Of a DNA stretch of 64,000 nt, positions 26,133-40,293 are shown in pieces; positions within the stretch are counted from its first letter, which is position 1, and every line of letters begins with the position of its first letter. Under the pieces are notes generated by a model. It saw nothing but the letters and a program-made list of their open reading frames with translations. It did not search any database and was not told the DNA's origin. The stretch lies in the NCBI GenBank assembly GCA_907165135.1, contig OU015569.1:3410001-3474000 (forward strand), written 5' to 3'. Source of the DNA: Oikopleura dioica. Taxonomy: Eukaryota > Animalia > Chordata. A program made the position numbers and the translations under genes.

Positions 26133-27277
26133 TTAGACGAACTCGGATTCAGAACTTGAAGAAATGTGATTGTAATTTCGCTCCAGGTCTCTTTCTCGTT
26201 GAGATCTGAGAGGGAAAACATGGCCGTCGCCGAGCGAAGTGAAAACAGGAAACATCCACAACTTCGGGTTCGTCCCAAAGACTTCTTCGAAGTTTTTCGC
26301 CTTCCAAGGTTGTAAGCGCGCTTGTCGACCATTCCATTGACGAATACTGGCGGGCGGAAGCTTTCTTTAAAGAAATAGTAATTCATCAGCGTCGATAGAA
26401 CTGTTAATACCAAGAGTAGTCATGTTGTAAAAGACGAGGTACATGTGGTAGAAGAAAAGCACCGAGACGGAAAATGAAAACATGGACCCAACGAGGAAAA
26501 TGAAGAGAATATGAAAACGAGCGCTCTGTGAATCCTTGAGTTCGTCTTTCCAGAAGAGCAGTGAGTACTTGAAACTGCGTTTTATTTAGTTCCTTGGCGA
26601 CTGAATATACCTTGAATGAAGTAGTGCAGACGAATAAACAATACGTCAGTGCGTAAAAGAGGAAGAGCATGAAGAACTTGTAGTTGGACCAACTGACGCA
26701 ATTGTTAACCCACGGACAGTAATGGTCCATTTTTAATACAACTTTTTTCGTCACTAAAATTTACTTGCCTTTGCGGCTTTAAATCAATAGCCTACCTGAA
26801 CAATAATGCGCTCGGTCTGGCTTGATGCACTTTGTTATATGACAGTATCGATAGGAGCCGCCAATCGTGCGATTTTGCACATGAAGATTGCGGGCCACTT
26901 GTCGCAGAAGCAACGATTGCTCCTCCTCTGTCGTGGCGTTTTCAATTTTGTGTTGTTCTTCTGCCGAGAGAAAGTACTCCTGCTTAGGATAGTGTGGCTC
27001 TGTCATTACTGCTTGCCAATACGACCATACAAACAGCATCAGCAACGGGTGATAAATGATAAGGTAGGCTACTCGTTCCCCATTCGAACTTACTGTCTTA
27101 TCGTGGTTCTTGCATTTTGCTTTCACAAAATTAGATGATTAATGTTGATTATTTAGAACCACTTGACAGAATGCACAACTCAACAACGTACGCATAGTAA
27201 GACCAGAGAATCACCCCCGTCACGAATAACGTTGGTATCCAACGCAAGCTCTTCAAGAGACCCGAAACGATAGTCAT
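26133..27277 (-). CDS. Palmitoyltransferase of the ZDHHC2/15/20 family with a DHYC motif
   Basis: WIP...[43 protein letters not shown]. The C-terminal NFEEVFG...SLGDG needs one extra A at about 26295. Confidence 0.9.
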
Positions 27278-27533
27278 TGTGGAGCGAAATGCTGAAATAA
27301 CAGTTTCAGTGAATAGATAGAAAATAGATATCTTTATTAAAAATGTGAGATTTCCCGTACAAAAGTAAAAGTAAAAAAGATTGTGAAAAAAATGTGAAGA
27401 TTCAAAATTGTTGACTTTGAAAGTGGAAGAGCATAACTGAAGAGATACAGGAGGGAGCACATACTCTGTAGTACAGAGTCTGTACTACAGAATGGCTAGA
27501 CCGACAGTGTTTGAAAAAGCTGAAATAAAGAAT

Positions 27534-29004
27534 TTAATCATAGTCCCGCTCTCCAAGAAGCTTGTGCGCGGCCTCCAGGCTGAAGAATAAAGGTGCGTGT
27601 CGGCTGAGAAGGGTTTTCTGTCGACATAAGCCGTCTGTCAAGCGTTCACGAAAAATATATATTCGTACATATATTGGTAATAATTTCAAAAAAATCTGAT
27701 TTAGTTAACGCGCCTTTGATGGGAAGAAGTTGGCTGATAAACTCTTGTTGGATCCCAGTCTGCTAGCTGATCATTTCTTTGCTTTCGTCGGGTCTCTTTG
27801 ATTTGTTTCTCGATATTCTTCATCCGCTCAGATTCTTGCCTCTCGCGCGTTTGTTGTTGCCTTGACACGATGTCCCGAGCAGTTAAGCTTTTGACTTTCT
27901 AAAATTGAAAATGAAAAATTTATTTTAAAAAATATGAATTACCGCATTAGCTTCAGCTCCCTTCTTTCGCTTATACTCGATTTCCATTTCCTTTTCTTGT
28001 TCTCTAACTCGTTTGAGAGCGTCGGAATCTCGCTGACGCTGTAAGTCGCGCTCCTGAAGAATTTTGCGTCGCTCCGCTATCTCTTTCTTTTTCTTCTTTT
28101 CTTCCAGCTCTTTTCTTGCAATTTCTTGGAGCCGTATTTGTTCCTCAGCTTGCTCCTTTTCTTGCTTCCACTTTTCGATTCTAGCCTTAAAAATGATTAG
28201 TCAAGGTCTCACGAGTAATGTTACTTTTTTCTTCGCAGCAATAACATCAATCTTATCATTAGATTTGGCGTTATTTTCATGCGCAACAGCTGCTTTTTTT
28301 ACTTGGCCACTGCGATACTCCTCGAGGCGCTTTTTGCGTTCTTTTTTCCACTTCTGGATGGCGGTTCTTTGCCCATATTCAAGTTTGTAGTAGCGCTGAT
28401 ACCATTGTAGATGGTCGCTAATGTCTTTCATCGTTCGTCCGGGCAGAGCCTGCTGGAATTCATCCATGACTGCGCTGTCGTGTTCGAGAGATTCTACATC
28501 GGCCACGTTGTCTTTGTATTCTTGCGAGCACACTCTCTTCCAGGTTTTTATGAAAACACTGTGGTCCACCATGTTCCAGCTTCCACAATGACCGTGTTTC
28601 GCCACATAATCCTGAAACTGCTGTACTGCTTGATCGCGGCCATTAGAAGCGTTTCCGGTGTTCAAGCTGCGCTTTTTGTAGTGATTCTCTTTCTCGTGGG
28701 ATACTTCTTTATTCCGCTCTATCTCGGTTGCTCGACGTATAGTGACATCAATTTCTCGCTTGAGAGAGGCTTCTTGTTTACAGATTTCCTCGAATTCGTC
28801 GGTGCGAAGCTTTTTGAACTCACTCACGAGAGAGTGTGCCGCTTCAAGTTCTTGTTGAAATTTTGCTGTAACACTAACGAAGTCAATAAAAAACGCCGTT
28901 AAATATATCAAGACTCACTGTTCGTTGGGAATGTCAGGGATGATACAATTTGTATATTCGTGGCATTTCTTAACTTGACCCTTGATTTGGTCCATTTCGC
29001 CCAT
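27534..29004 (-). CDS. CCDC112: Coiled-coil protein, CCDC112-like
   Basis: GHCGSWNMVDHSVFIKTW...HLQWYQRY...AIQKWK, followed by charged coiled coil. Confidence 0.7.
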
Positions 29005-29187
29005 GATAATTCGTTTGCGGTTGTTTGACTCGATCAATGCTGAAATATTCGTAAAAACAGTTTGGCTGTTACAGCGAACCTGAACTGTACTGCTCTGCGA
29101 TTTTTTCAAAGGCGGATTCTTGATCTTGAAAGTGGCTGTTTTTGGACAGAAAGCGCGTGAGATCGGCTTCGATCGTTCTGTACTTTA

Positions 29188-29763
29188 GATGAATTACCAT
29201 AAGAATTTTTCGGGCAAAAAAAAATTTTTTGAGATATTGGTATATTCTGAAAGCCCATTAAAAGTTAAACAGAATCACTAAATTCTAGGGTCAGATGACG
29301 TCATTATGACGTCATCGGGCTGATTTGAAAATTTTGTCTTTGGAACGCTTTTTCGAGCCTAAAACGTTTTTTAATTTTGTTTTTCTCGCCGGATTCGGAT
29401 TTTCCATGAAAAACTACGTAGGGACCCGGGATCAAACCGTTGAATATCAACCATTACCGACCGGTTCAATTTTTGAAACCGGTCGGTTCGAAAAATAAAC
29501 CTCGGGTCCCTACGTAGTTTTTGATCGCGAAGAACATGCAATCAATAGAAAAATCTATTTCCAGCAAAAACCGCCTCAAAAAGCGTTCCAAAGTTTCATG
29601 AATTTGGAGCCTTTTCGGTCATTTATTAATCATAAATGACGTCATAATGACGTCATTGAGCCCTAGAAATTTGGGAATCGACTAATTTTGACTTGGGCTT
29701 TCAGAATATGTTCTTATCTCAAAAAATTTTTTTTCGGCCAAAAAATTCTTATGGTAATTCATC
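29188..29763. mobile_element. Foldback MITE (whole element nearly palindromic)
   Basis: GATGAATTACCATAAGAATTTTT ... AAAAATTCTTATGGTAATTCATC. Inner arms also mirror. Flanking direct repeat is TTTA (or CTTTAG). Confidence 0.88.
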
Positions 29764-30146
29764 TTTAGTTCCAGCTCTTTAAACACCTCCATTCTGAAAT
29801 GATTACTTTTAGTCGAAGATGTAGACTTGATACGCTAGAAACAATTGTTAGGGAGAGAGGAAAAGAGGTAATAAAACAGAAATAATCATATTCAAGAGCA
29901 TCATTAGGAACTACACGAGTGGATAAGAAATTGGAAATTTCAAACGCGCCCAATCGCGTTTATCTAAAAGTCCGGGTTAAATGAGCTAGGTTAACTTTTG
30001 CACTAAATGCAATTGAATTACTGACCCCGAAATTCGAAAATGTCTTATCCAAAGGTGTGAAACGGTAAAGAAGAAGAGGATTGCCTTTGAATTTTTTGAA
30101 TTAGGTTTTTGAGAATTTTTATGAAGAGAGTACTTTGAGGAGCGAT

Positions 30147-30654
<508 letters not shown>

Positions 30655-30791
30655 TTAACACTTGTAGAACGCGCGCTGCAATCATTTGTTGAAGAAATTC
30701 TGTTAGGGAAAAGACAGGTGAAAGCTATCAGACAATATAAACTACATGAACTTTCTGCGAAATGCAGGGAGAATGAACAACACACGAGTGA

Positions 30792-32185
30792 TTATTTTGG
30801 AATATTGGAGATTTGAAGCATGCGTCTTATGGGTGAATTCATGGTTGTAAACGACGGTGTCACTGTTGAGAGTGACGAAATCTTCTGCTTTGGCTCTGGA
30901 AGATCGGCAGCACCGGCGTACCAGTCGGGAATGCGCGTCGTGTCGATCTTAGAGGAGCTGCTCTCTTCTTTGATTTCGTCCTTGTTGAGTGCACAGTTTG
31001 CGAGATCCATTTGCATTCTCCACGTCGACTCTCCACTCGCATACAGCGCGCCGCCAAGCCAGCAAATGCAATTTGATTGCGCGGGCATTTTAACAATTGA
31101 AAACTGAATAAGAATGAGCAGTTGCCTTTTCTTCCGGCTTACCCTCAAGTCTTTGAGTTTCTTGTACTTTTCCTCCTTTAGCTGTTCTCTTATTTCTTCA
31201 AGCAATCTTCTACCGATTCCTTTCAGCTTGGCGAGGCCCCCAGACAAAATGATATGTGCAGCTAATGCTCGACGATTGTCAATCGGGCTTTCTAATAGAA
31301 GGTCTAAAATTTTCGTTGTGATCGTCTCATCTTCAGCGCGGCGATCGAGAAGTAACTCGACAGTATCTCGAACTGTAGACCGCTTTACATTTAACACTTT
31401 TTCACTGTCTACGTCGATGGGTATTGTTTTTTCATCCTGCTTTTCCAGTGTCTAGAAAAGACATTTTTAATCGCTGCGCCAACCGGGAAGTGTTTTTAGT
31501 ACCTCTGGTGGGTTGACTAGATGCGCTCTTGATCGGAAAAAGCCTAATCTGCTTATAACATCTTCCAAGAAGTCAGTGGAAACGGAGTTACCCGGGTCTA
31601 CAGTTTTTCGGAATTCGTTGACAAGGTGTTTTCCGCCAATGGTGCTTTCTTGTTGATTCCAAATCTCTGGAACCCCGTGAATCACGCTAGTTATGTTTAG
31701 CCCGCTCCATCCAAGTTGAGCCACTAAAATTAACCGCGTAATTTACCGTGGTAGTAAGTACCAAAACCTATAGCCGTGGAGGAGTTAATACCAGTAGCTG
31801 TAATCGCTGCTACTGGTCGCGGAACAAAAACCAAGCCCGGTAGCGCAATTCGAGTTAACGCGGCTTCAACTATATTCTCTCGAAAGTCCTTGCGTTGGTT
31901 GATATCTTCGACAACAAGTAGCCTTCGCTCACGTGGGGAGATTTGAAGCTGCTGGTTATAAAGCCAGAGAAGAAATTCGCCGATTTCATCAACGGACGCA
32001 GTTGAAAAGTCATCCGGAGTTCTGCAGATGGCTCGAGGACCGGTCTCTCCGCTATATTTTCTCGTAAGGGGTTTTCTCGTATAGGGGTTCTCAAACCTGA
32101 AGCCTATTCTCGTGTATCTTGATCCGAATTCGACGACGACTGCTGCCTTTTCAGACGTTATACCGAGCCCAGCCATAAACGACAT
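30792..32185 (-). CDS. ACTR10: Actin-related protein 10 (dynactin Arp11)
   Basis: EKAAVVVEFGSRYTRIGF, GETGPRAI, SPRERRLLVVE, PIDNRRALAAHIILSGG, NCICWLGGA, IPDW. Confidence 0.88.
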
Positions 32186-32210
32186 TCTACAGAAAAAGAT
32201 CGGTAACGAT

Positions 32211-34139
32211 TTACGCAGCTTTTTTCTTTTTCGCGGCCAATTTGTGAACAGGATCCCATCCCTTTGTGCTGCATTCTTCCTTTAGCTTTTTTCGTTTCAT
32301 TGCGATATACGCCTCGCTCAAGATGATTTGCTGCTCAAGCGAGTTAAGTCTTTGAAGAAGCATTTCTTCCATTCTGTGGTAGCTTTCTACTTCACGCTCC
32401 TCTCGCGGCAAGAGCGCGTCTTCCAAATTCTCTTCCTCGAATAACGTTACTCATCGTTTCCTAATTCAGAAACTTACTGGATGAGCTGCCTTGTAATCCT
32501 CAATAGTTTTCTTCTTTTTAATCAGATCCTTCACCTTGTCAAATTCTAGCCGGCGTCGCAACGTTAACTTATTTTGGGCTAGAGGAGAAAACTTATCAAG
32601 CGTGAAAAATACAAAACTTACCATTGAGTGCGGCTTTTCGGGCGTGCTGAATAACTTTCACCTTATTACAGTTGAACAAGTACGTGCAGTAATATGGGAA
32701 GAAATTTCCAGCAGGGGTCATGTCTTGAAACGAAGCAAGTCCATCGTTCATCAAACGATACAGAATTTGGTTGGCATCCTTCTCGTCCATCACGCACTTC
32801 TTCGCTACATTCTTCGGCTCTAAGTAATTTCCCTCGAAAAGAAGCGCCATTATTTTCCTAGCATCCGTTCCGTACTTGGCTGCAATCCACTGTAGAACCA
32901 CCTGTTGCACCATTCGTTCGACCTGGTCAAAAATCAGAACTGATAACATTGTCCCGTTCTTTTCCAAAAATTGAAATCTTCAAAGCGTTCAAAAATTAAC
33001 ATATCAGAGTAAACTTCTTTTGGTCTTGATTTAAACGCTTTCCTGATCAAAAGATCTAACTTGCCGTCTAGTCCGTGATCGGTTTGATCACCGGCATCAG
33101 CGCATATTCTTTGAATTTCTGCCTGCGTTACGCTGTATTCGTAGCAAAGGACATCCCTTGAGTAGTTTTGCAGCCTCAATATGTGTCGCATAACATTGGC
33201 GGCTTCGGCGCCACACTTATGGCGTGTATAGTCGACCAGTAGCTGATCTGTCGTGAACTGCTTCAATCTTACTAAGTCCAGGCTCCAATAGTCTGGATTT
33301 CCGGCGATCTTATCCACGGCTAATTTTATTTTAAAAATGACTTTGAATCATAACTTGAAAAAGCCGATTTACCTGGATTTTTAAAGTAAACTTCGAATCT
33401 CTTCTCTCCTGGCTCCACGAACTCTCTATTTCCAACTAAGATAGGCTCTTTTGATATGAAGCTATTCGCGACCATCAGGCTGAAACAGTCACGAATTCTT
33501 ATGCTTGCAGCTTCGTACTGATGTCTTTGAATTTCTTCATCGGTTGCATCTTTGCGAGAGTTCAGTATATTTTTAAATAAGCACGTTATAAACGGATCTA
33601 TCAAGTAACCATTTGATAAGTAGCGAGGAATATCGAACCCTCCCCGTTCGGAACAGGAAATGTCAAGTCTTCATACATAGTTATGCACGGAGCTAACTCT
33701 TCAATGATTTCATACGCTTGGCACTGGCCACGTTCGAGAAGAAACTCAAGAATAGCCGCGCCAAGCTTCCCAAAGAGCTCAATCACAAAGAATTTGAATC
33801 GCGGAAAGGAAAGAAAGATTCGAATATTTTGAAGAACAAGTCGATACTGGGTAACACCATTTGCTGTCCTCGATTCAATGATTCTGTGTCTCAGAAAGAG
33901 GGTCAGTACATGCTCCACGCGCTCGAGACGCTGGGCCAGCTGGACTTTTCCCGCAAACGACTATTTTAAAAATATTAATAAAATCATTGATTTGAGTTTT
34001 CGCTCACTGTTATTCGCTGTTTGATGTGAAAAAGCGTGAGAAAGTCATTTCCGCCGATGATAGAGACGAAATCTTTAAAGTCCGGGCCAAAGTAAATACC
34101 CGCAAGGGTTGAGCAAAGTTCGATTTCCTCTGCTGTCAT
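32211..34139 (-). CDS. POLR3C: RNA polymerase III subunit RPC3 (RPC62)
   Basis: MTAEEIELC...YFG, FPRF...LFGKLGAAILEFLLERGQ, KYGTDARKI...LEPKNVAKKCVM. Confidence 0.8.
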
Positions 34140-34291
34140 CACCTCATTTCTAAATGATTTGAACTACATTTCTGTATTTTCGAAAAAAACAACGTTCGAA
34201 AAGGTTAAAACAAAAATTGTCAGCGTAATTGAAGAGGCAGTAATGGGCGCGGAAAAAGCACAAATGGGGAACCGATTTCCCAAGTAAGTTG

Positions 34292-35398
34292 CTAATATCC
34301 GTCGAAACGTTTGCTATGGGTGTTTCGTGAAGGCATCGTATTATTGACAAGATCGCCTTCTTCCTCCTCGTCGAGATCGACCTGAGCTTCAATCTCTTCC
34401 AATTCTCGCGAATATCTCTCGTGCATTTTCAATGCTTCCCGCAGCTTTATCTCACTGGGCATGATCTTTGATCGGAGCACTTCTTTATTTTTTGTTTCGA
34501 CGTTGAGGATACGGCGCGCTTCAACCGTACCTGCCCGTGTCGTTGCCAATTCTATTGCCAATTTATTTTTGATCAATGCAGCTGCGTCTGCTGCTAGTTT
34601 CTTGCAGGTTTCTTGAAATTACAATTTTTTATGCCGCGAAGGAAATTTACAATGATTCTTTAGTTACCGTCATTTTTTAATTCATCGCGTCTTTTCTGTA
34701 TAATCTCCGTTTGTTCCTCAATCTGAAGGCGAGCACTTTTTGTTATGTGGATTTTCTTTTCGTATTCGGCAATTTTTTTGTTTAACTCCTCAAGTTCGGC
34801 TTCGTCTTCAGCTTCCTCAGTAAGATCGATCTCTGGCGAGTCTTCTTCCTCCATGCTGTCATCAAGGCAAATCACTAAATTGCCAGATCCAGGAGAGGCA
34901 GGCGCTGGAGACGGAGATGGCTTTTTAGGACTTGCTTGAATGTTTTTTTTTCATTTGCCGTTTGGTTGATCATGTACCTCTAATTTTACGAGACGGAGTT
35001 ATTGAATTCTTTTTCAGGCTTGATTCGTCTAGTGATCGATTGGACTCAGGATCTTTTTGTGGGCTTTGAAGATGTTCATCTACTAGAGCAGCATTATCTT
35101 CAGAAGAAACTTGTAGATTATCATCAGGCACACTTTCGAGTCCAGGTATTTCATTATCTGGTGGCGTTTCAAAGTCGTAAGTATCCGGATCCAGATCATT
35201 GTCTTCGAGCCAATCAGATAGTCTTTGTTTTAATTCCCCCTTTCTTTTAAGGTTTATTAGTCAAGTTAAACTTATCGAATACACGCGTCTTGCCTTATTG
35301 ACATTTTAACCTTTCTTCCTTCCTTTTGGACTTTCTCCCCTTTCCTCGAGAAGTGATCGAAGCTCCGCAACTTTGAGATTTTTTACAAGTTTCACCAT
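34292..35398 (-). CDS. SAP-domain plus coiled-coil protein
   Basis: LKVAELRSLLEERGESPKGR..GELKQRL SAP motif, a SIM-like VICLDD, and coiled coils. Confidence 0.65.
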
Positions 35399-35504
35399 TC
35401 TTAAACACGAAATCAAAGACGATTGCTTGCGTTAAATACAATTACAGTTATATTGCACAGTCCCGTAAATGATAGCGGAAGGAAAAAAAGTTATAAGGAT
35501 AGAG

Positions 35505-38128
35505 TTTAGATTTGGAGCTGAAGCAGTAGGGAGACTTGCTCGGGTGTTGGAGCATTTATCATTGCACGGTCCTCAGTCGAGTAGTGTTCCCAGAGTAACA
35601 ATTGTAGTTGCGAGAAGACAGCCTAAACAACTAACAAATACGCCCAAACTAGAACAAAAAACCTGGATGTTGAGGCGAATCGGTTTGAACAAAATAGTCT
35701 CTGTATCTTTGTTCGCCAGGTAGAGTCGCATTGAGCTTTGGGTTTCCGTCATTTTCTTCTTCATAAGAGCGTATGTGTCGCTACAGAGTTGTTGCATAGA
35801 TTCCGTCCGCGCAAAACCATTTTCTTTTAGAACCTTGAACAGTATTTACTTTTTGACCGAAATAACGTGAAGAAACCTTGGTATTGTGTGGATCTCTTCG
35901 AGAAAGCTCTACAACTGCCTCTGCTCTGGTGAGGAAGTCTTGCAACTGACCGACCATTGCAGCAGTTCGCGAAGAAATAAAATCTTCACATGCAAGCTTC
36001 AACTGACGGTCGACATGTTTCTTAGAATCAACGAAGTATTCTTTCACTTCTGGCCTTCCTTCGAGCATAAACTCTAACAATGAGTTCTGCTGATTGACCT
36101 TAATTTGGAGATATAATATATCACATATTGCAACAGAAACTCACATTGAATATTCTGCTGATATTGTCAGATTGAAGAAGTTTATTAGCAGCAGATTTAG
36201 TCTTTTCAAAGTCGACTCGGGTCTCCCGAATCGAAAAATCAGCATGGAATGGTGCAATCTGCTCCCGTAAAATCAAAAGATGCTTGACGAGGAAGAGCTG
36301 TCCATCGATTTCAGACTTACTCAGCTAAAAAGACGATTTAAAAAGTCACAACAACCATTCGATAGTTAACCTTTATCTGATTTGAAGCCGTAGTGAGTGA
36401 CTCAACGCAGCTAGAGAGTGCTTCTTGCGATAGACCTTGAAAGATGCCACGCTCAATACACCTGTACAATTTTGACAAGCAAACTAGAACTCGGCGAACA
36501 GTTGGGTACCACATTCCATGCAAATCCGCTGGCGAGGAAGACATACTTTTAGTCCGCTCCAAAGGATGGTCCAAGGAGATCTCCACCATGTTATCTTCTT
36601 CTTTCGATGTGTGAAGTTTCTTTGCAATATCTTCCATCATCTGCAACTTTTCTGGATAAGCAAGATCCCCCTGACTTGGATTGAAGCCGAGAATGTCCGA
36701 TTTGATGTAAATGTTAGTGCGATAGACTAGTCTCTCTTGAACATCTTCGAGCATTTGCTTGACGATCACTTCAAATGCTCCAAGTTCCGCTGGGTTTCCA
36801 GAAATGTGATCGTCGATCATTTCGAGCTTGAGAATAGAACAGAGCTCGGCGAGAGTCTCCAGGTGATAAATTGAAATAATGAATGGTCGGAGGAGATCGT
36901 ATAGACCTTGACAGAGACGCTCCAGCATTTCATCGAGTGCTGCAGATGGCAATGTGAAGAAATGACGGAAGAGTTGATGCTCGTCTTGACACACATGAAG
37001 CATGAACGCGCACGATGCTCTCACAAGGCCACAGACATCTCTTCCTGTCCGGAGATCGTTAAAGGAAGAGGAGACTCCAGGGCCGATAAGTTGTTCTCGT
37101 TGGGCGCAGTAGCATGTGTAAATGTCGGCAAGCGCTTGGCCGTACTGAGGAGCGCCTTCTGAACGTGACTCGATCAGTGCTACCAATGTCTTGATTTTTG
37201 GTGCATTTGTGCGGAAACGACCGTAGTAAAGCGTAAACGCATCGTCGGTAAGGCTACTGTTTGAATAGGTTTTGCTGACTTTGCGTTCCAGCAGTTGATT
37301 AGTCGTCGTCTCGAATGAGCGCATCACATGTGTTTTAATTTGACCCAATGCTTGCGTAAGGCACTGATTAAATTGCATTAAGAAGGTCGGCGCATCTTTG
37401 AACTGCGAGTTCTGGGACATGTAGCTAATGCACGAGTCAATCCGTGAGAGAAGTGCGAGGAAAGCTTCAGAGTTAACCTCCAGTTTGGGATTCTTGAGCG
37501 CGGCACGAATAGCATCTCGCTCTTGGAAATAGGAAAGTTTTTCATGGATGGCCTCGGCGGAGTCCGTCAACCGAGTTTGTTCAAGAAGTAGAGACTCGCA
37601 AGCTTCGTGAAGGGCACATGTTTTTGAACGGACGGAAACATATTCGGATGAAACTGCATTTAGCGAACCTTGTGAAGAGGCTCGAAAACAACCATTATTT
37701 TAAATATTTAGAGCGAAATTTAAAAGAATCTATAAAGCCGTTCCTAATGCTGAGTCGACAGATCGAAGAATAGCAGCTGAAAAGTTTTTATCGCTTTCCA
37801 AATTGTTGAGCATCGCTTTTGAGACAGGATCGGCTACTTTGTGCGACATTTCGTTCTCCACCTCCGTAAACCAGTCGAGTAGCTTCATGCCGTCGTCAAT
37901 TGGACTAACTCCTGCTTTTTTCATCCCGTTCACGAGACATTCTTCATCTGAGTTAGGGACCATTGGAGGAAGCTCGGTTTCATTTTGACCCTTGTTTTGA
38001 ACGGGAAGATTTCTGGGGAGTTCTTTCTTAGAAGCTGCTTCTTGAAGATAATCGAAACAGTCGGAAAATGCCTTGATGCTTTCCACAACTGCCCGATTCG
38101 ATTCCCACCACTCGAATGCGTCGGACAT
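35505..38128 (-). CDS. COG3: Conserved oligomeric Golgi complex subunit 3
   Basis: [58 protein letters not shown]. Confidence 0.96.
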
Positions 38129-38256
38129 TCTTTATAAGAACACAATTATTGAGGGAAATGAATTCGAGTAATCTATTCGAGAAGCATACAGAAAAAATAT
38201 AAGGAAAGAGGCTTTGAAGAAGAGTTTTGGGGAAGGCGAGAATGAAAATACAGTAG

Positions 38257-40172
38257 TTATTCGTCCGTCGCAGAGAGAAGTGGCTGGTCATCGGATGCTT
38301 GGCTATCCGCCGAGGCAACACAGAAGCAATTGTTGAAAGAAAAACTTTGAGGGTCGCCTGGACACGAGTCCTCTTCAGAAGTACTGGCATCCAGCGCTTT
38401 TTGAATTCCTCTCGAATGAAGCCGATGTCCATTATTTTTCTAGGCAATAATTTTGAATGAAAGCTTGATTGAATATCATTACCTTGATAGTTTCATAAGA
38501 ATCCATCACGACGGAGATAAAAAGGGACAAAACTGTGTAAATAAAGAGGCAAATGAAAGAGTAAAGGTAAATCTGGGAGAAAAAAGACGGTCCACCGGGT
38601 TCGAGCATTCGGAATGTTGCAAACATGTCATCGCCATTGAGCAACGAGAAGAGAGTTTGAGAAGTAATGATTGGATTTCGGAACTTGGAATTGAACGGGC
38701 CAAGCACTAGCCATCCGCAAACGACGTAGCCAAAGTAGAGTGTCAGCGCACAAGTTAGGAACTTGAAAACTTTTGGCATCGCGTGCGACAAAGTAAGAAC
38801 TGTTAAAAGGATAGCACAATTATCATAAAAAACTTTAAATTCGCCTTAAATAAAATAATGAGAGCTTTCTATCCTTCCTAAAATGTTGTAACCGCGGAAG
38901 TAGCCAAGATATCGCAAAATTCCTGAGTAACAAAGAAGAGCTCCGAGACCGAGGAAAATGCAGCTTATTTGGAAATCATCGACAGAAGGCAACTGTCGAG
39001 TTTGAACGTCCAGTTTTAGACCAGTTCCAATGATAACAAATACGTCAGATACTAAATAAAAGTGATTCTTGGAGTCTAAAGATATTTTTTACCGAGCATT
39101 AGAATGTACCAGCCATCTACGAACTCGTTGCAATCAGAAAGTGTCGCTTGTTCATTGAATTTCTGCATGTACCAAGAGGAGAATTGCAAGCGCAAAAGTT
39201 GCGCCCGGAAGAGCGACCTGATTACCAACATTGTAGATAAAATCGACACGACAAGGACGAGAAAATCTAAAGAACAGAATATCTTGGATGATAGATCAAG
39301 ATACACGTATACCAAGAAGAATTATTGGGGAGGCCGAGATGGCTTCTCGATCGTCGACGCCAGTCATTGTTTGATTGAGAACAACATCCGCCAGTCCGGA
39401 GTGATCAGAATTGTCGATCTTTAGCATGTAGGAGAGGGCATAATCTCGCTTGGTCCGCTTGTTGACGACTTCGTTATGGTGGGAGATATTTAGATCGACT
39501 CTCATGACAACAATTTCATGAAGAATCAGATCGAGTTCAATATCTGCTTCCGTGGTCGGAACTGAAAATATTTTAGTAATAAAGCAGTGATAATTTCTGT
39601 CGATACTTTTAGTCGAGAATTCTTCACCGGGCGTGAAGTTTGTTAGCGTGTAAGATTCGAAAGGTCCCTCTAATTGCTGCAGTAATATTGTGACATTGCT
39701 GATTCCACTTATTTCAGCAAGAGAATCAGTTCTTTTTGCGATTGAGAAAATTATTCCACGATCATTTCGGCCTTCCAAGTGAGTATTATTTTCGACAACC
39801 GTTCCTAAGAGTGTGGACTCCTTTTCGAAATAAAAAGATTTGCTTATAAAACTCAGATTTCGTTGTAATCGTACTCGTGAAGGGTGATTCGGGGAAGGAT
39901 GGGTTTCCACCAGAAGGGTTCACTATTCTCCACACACTTTTTCGCATGTCGCTTTTGAACTCGACATTGTCTATTGGAAAGAATCAAAACTGGAAGGCTC
40001 TAAATCAACGCGTACCTTGAGATACTTTTCCAAAATTATAGATTTGGATAGTAATGGCAATGATTTTAATAATTTGGAGAGCGAGTTTGAAAGGCTTTCT
40101 GCCATGTTGCCATTTCTGGCACGGAGACCAAAAATATTTTCTTACTTTCCACGGGACGGACCCATCGTTCAT
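38257..40172 (-). CDS. MCOLN: Mucolipin (TRPML) channel
   Basis: KYFWSPCQKW..GRKPFKLALQ, GWLVLGP, LFSLLNGDDMFATF, C-terminal dileucine DDQPLL. Confidence 0.93.
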
Positions 40173-40293
40173 TCTTTCAAGAAACTTTATGGAATACCGT
40201 TTTTATTACAGATTTTGGTTATGAGGTAAACATTGGATCGAGTTTGAAGAAAAAGGCACAGCGCGGTGGAAAAATAGTTACAGATGCAATGCT

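Noticed and set aside
26285-26300. Frameshift in ZDHHC (also GPCR at about 8810 and trefoil protease at about 60260) as programmed frameshifting or pseudogenisation
   Set aside because: All are 1-nt shifts in short homopolymers with intact coding sequence downstream. Assembly error is most likely; reads are needed to confirm.
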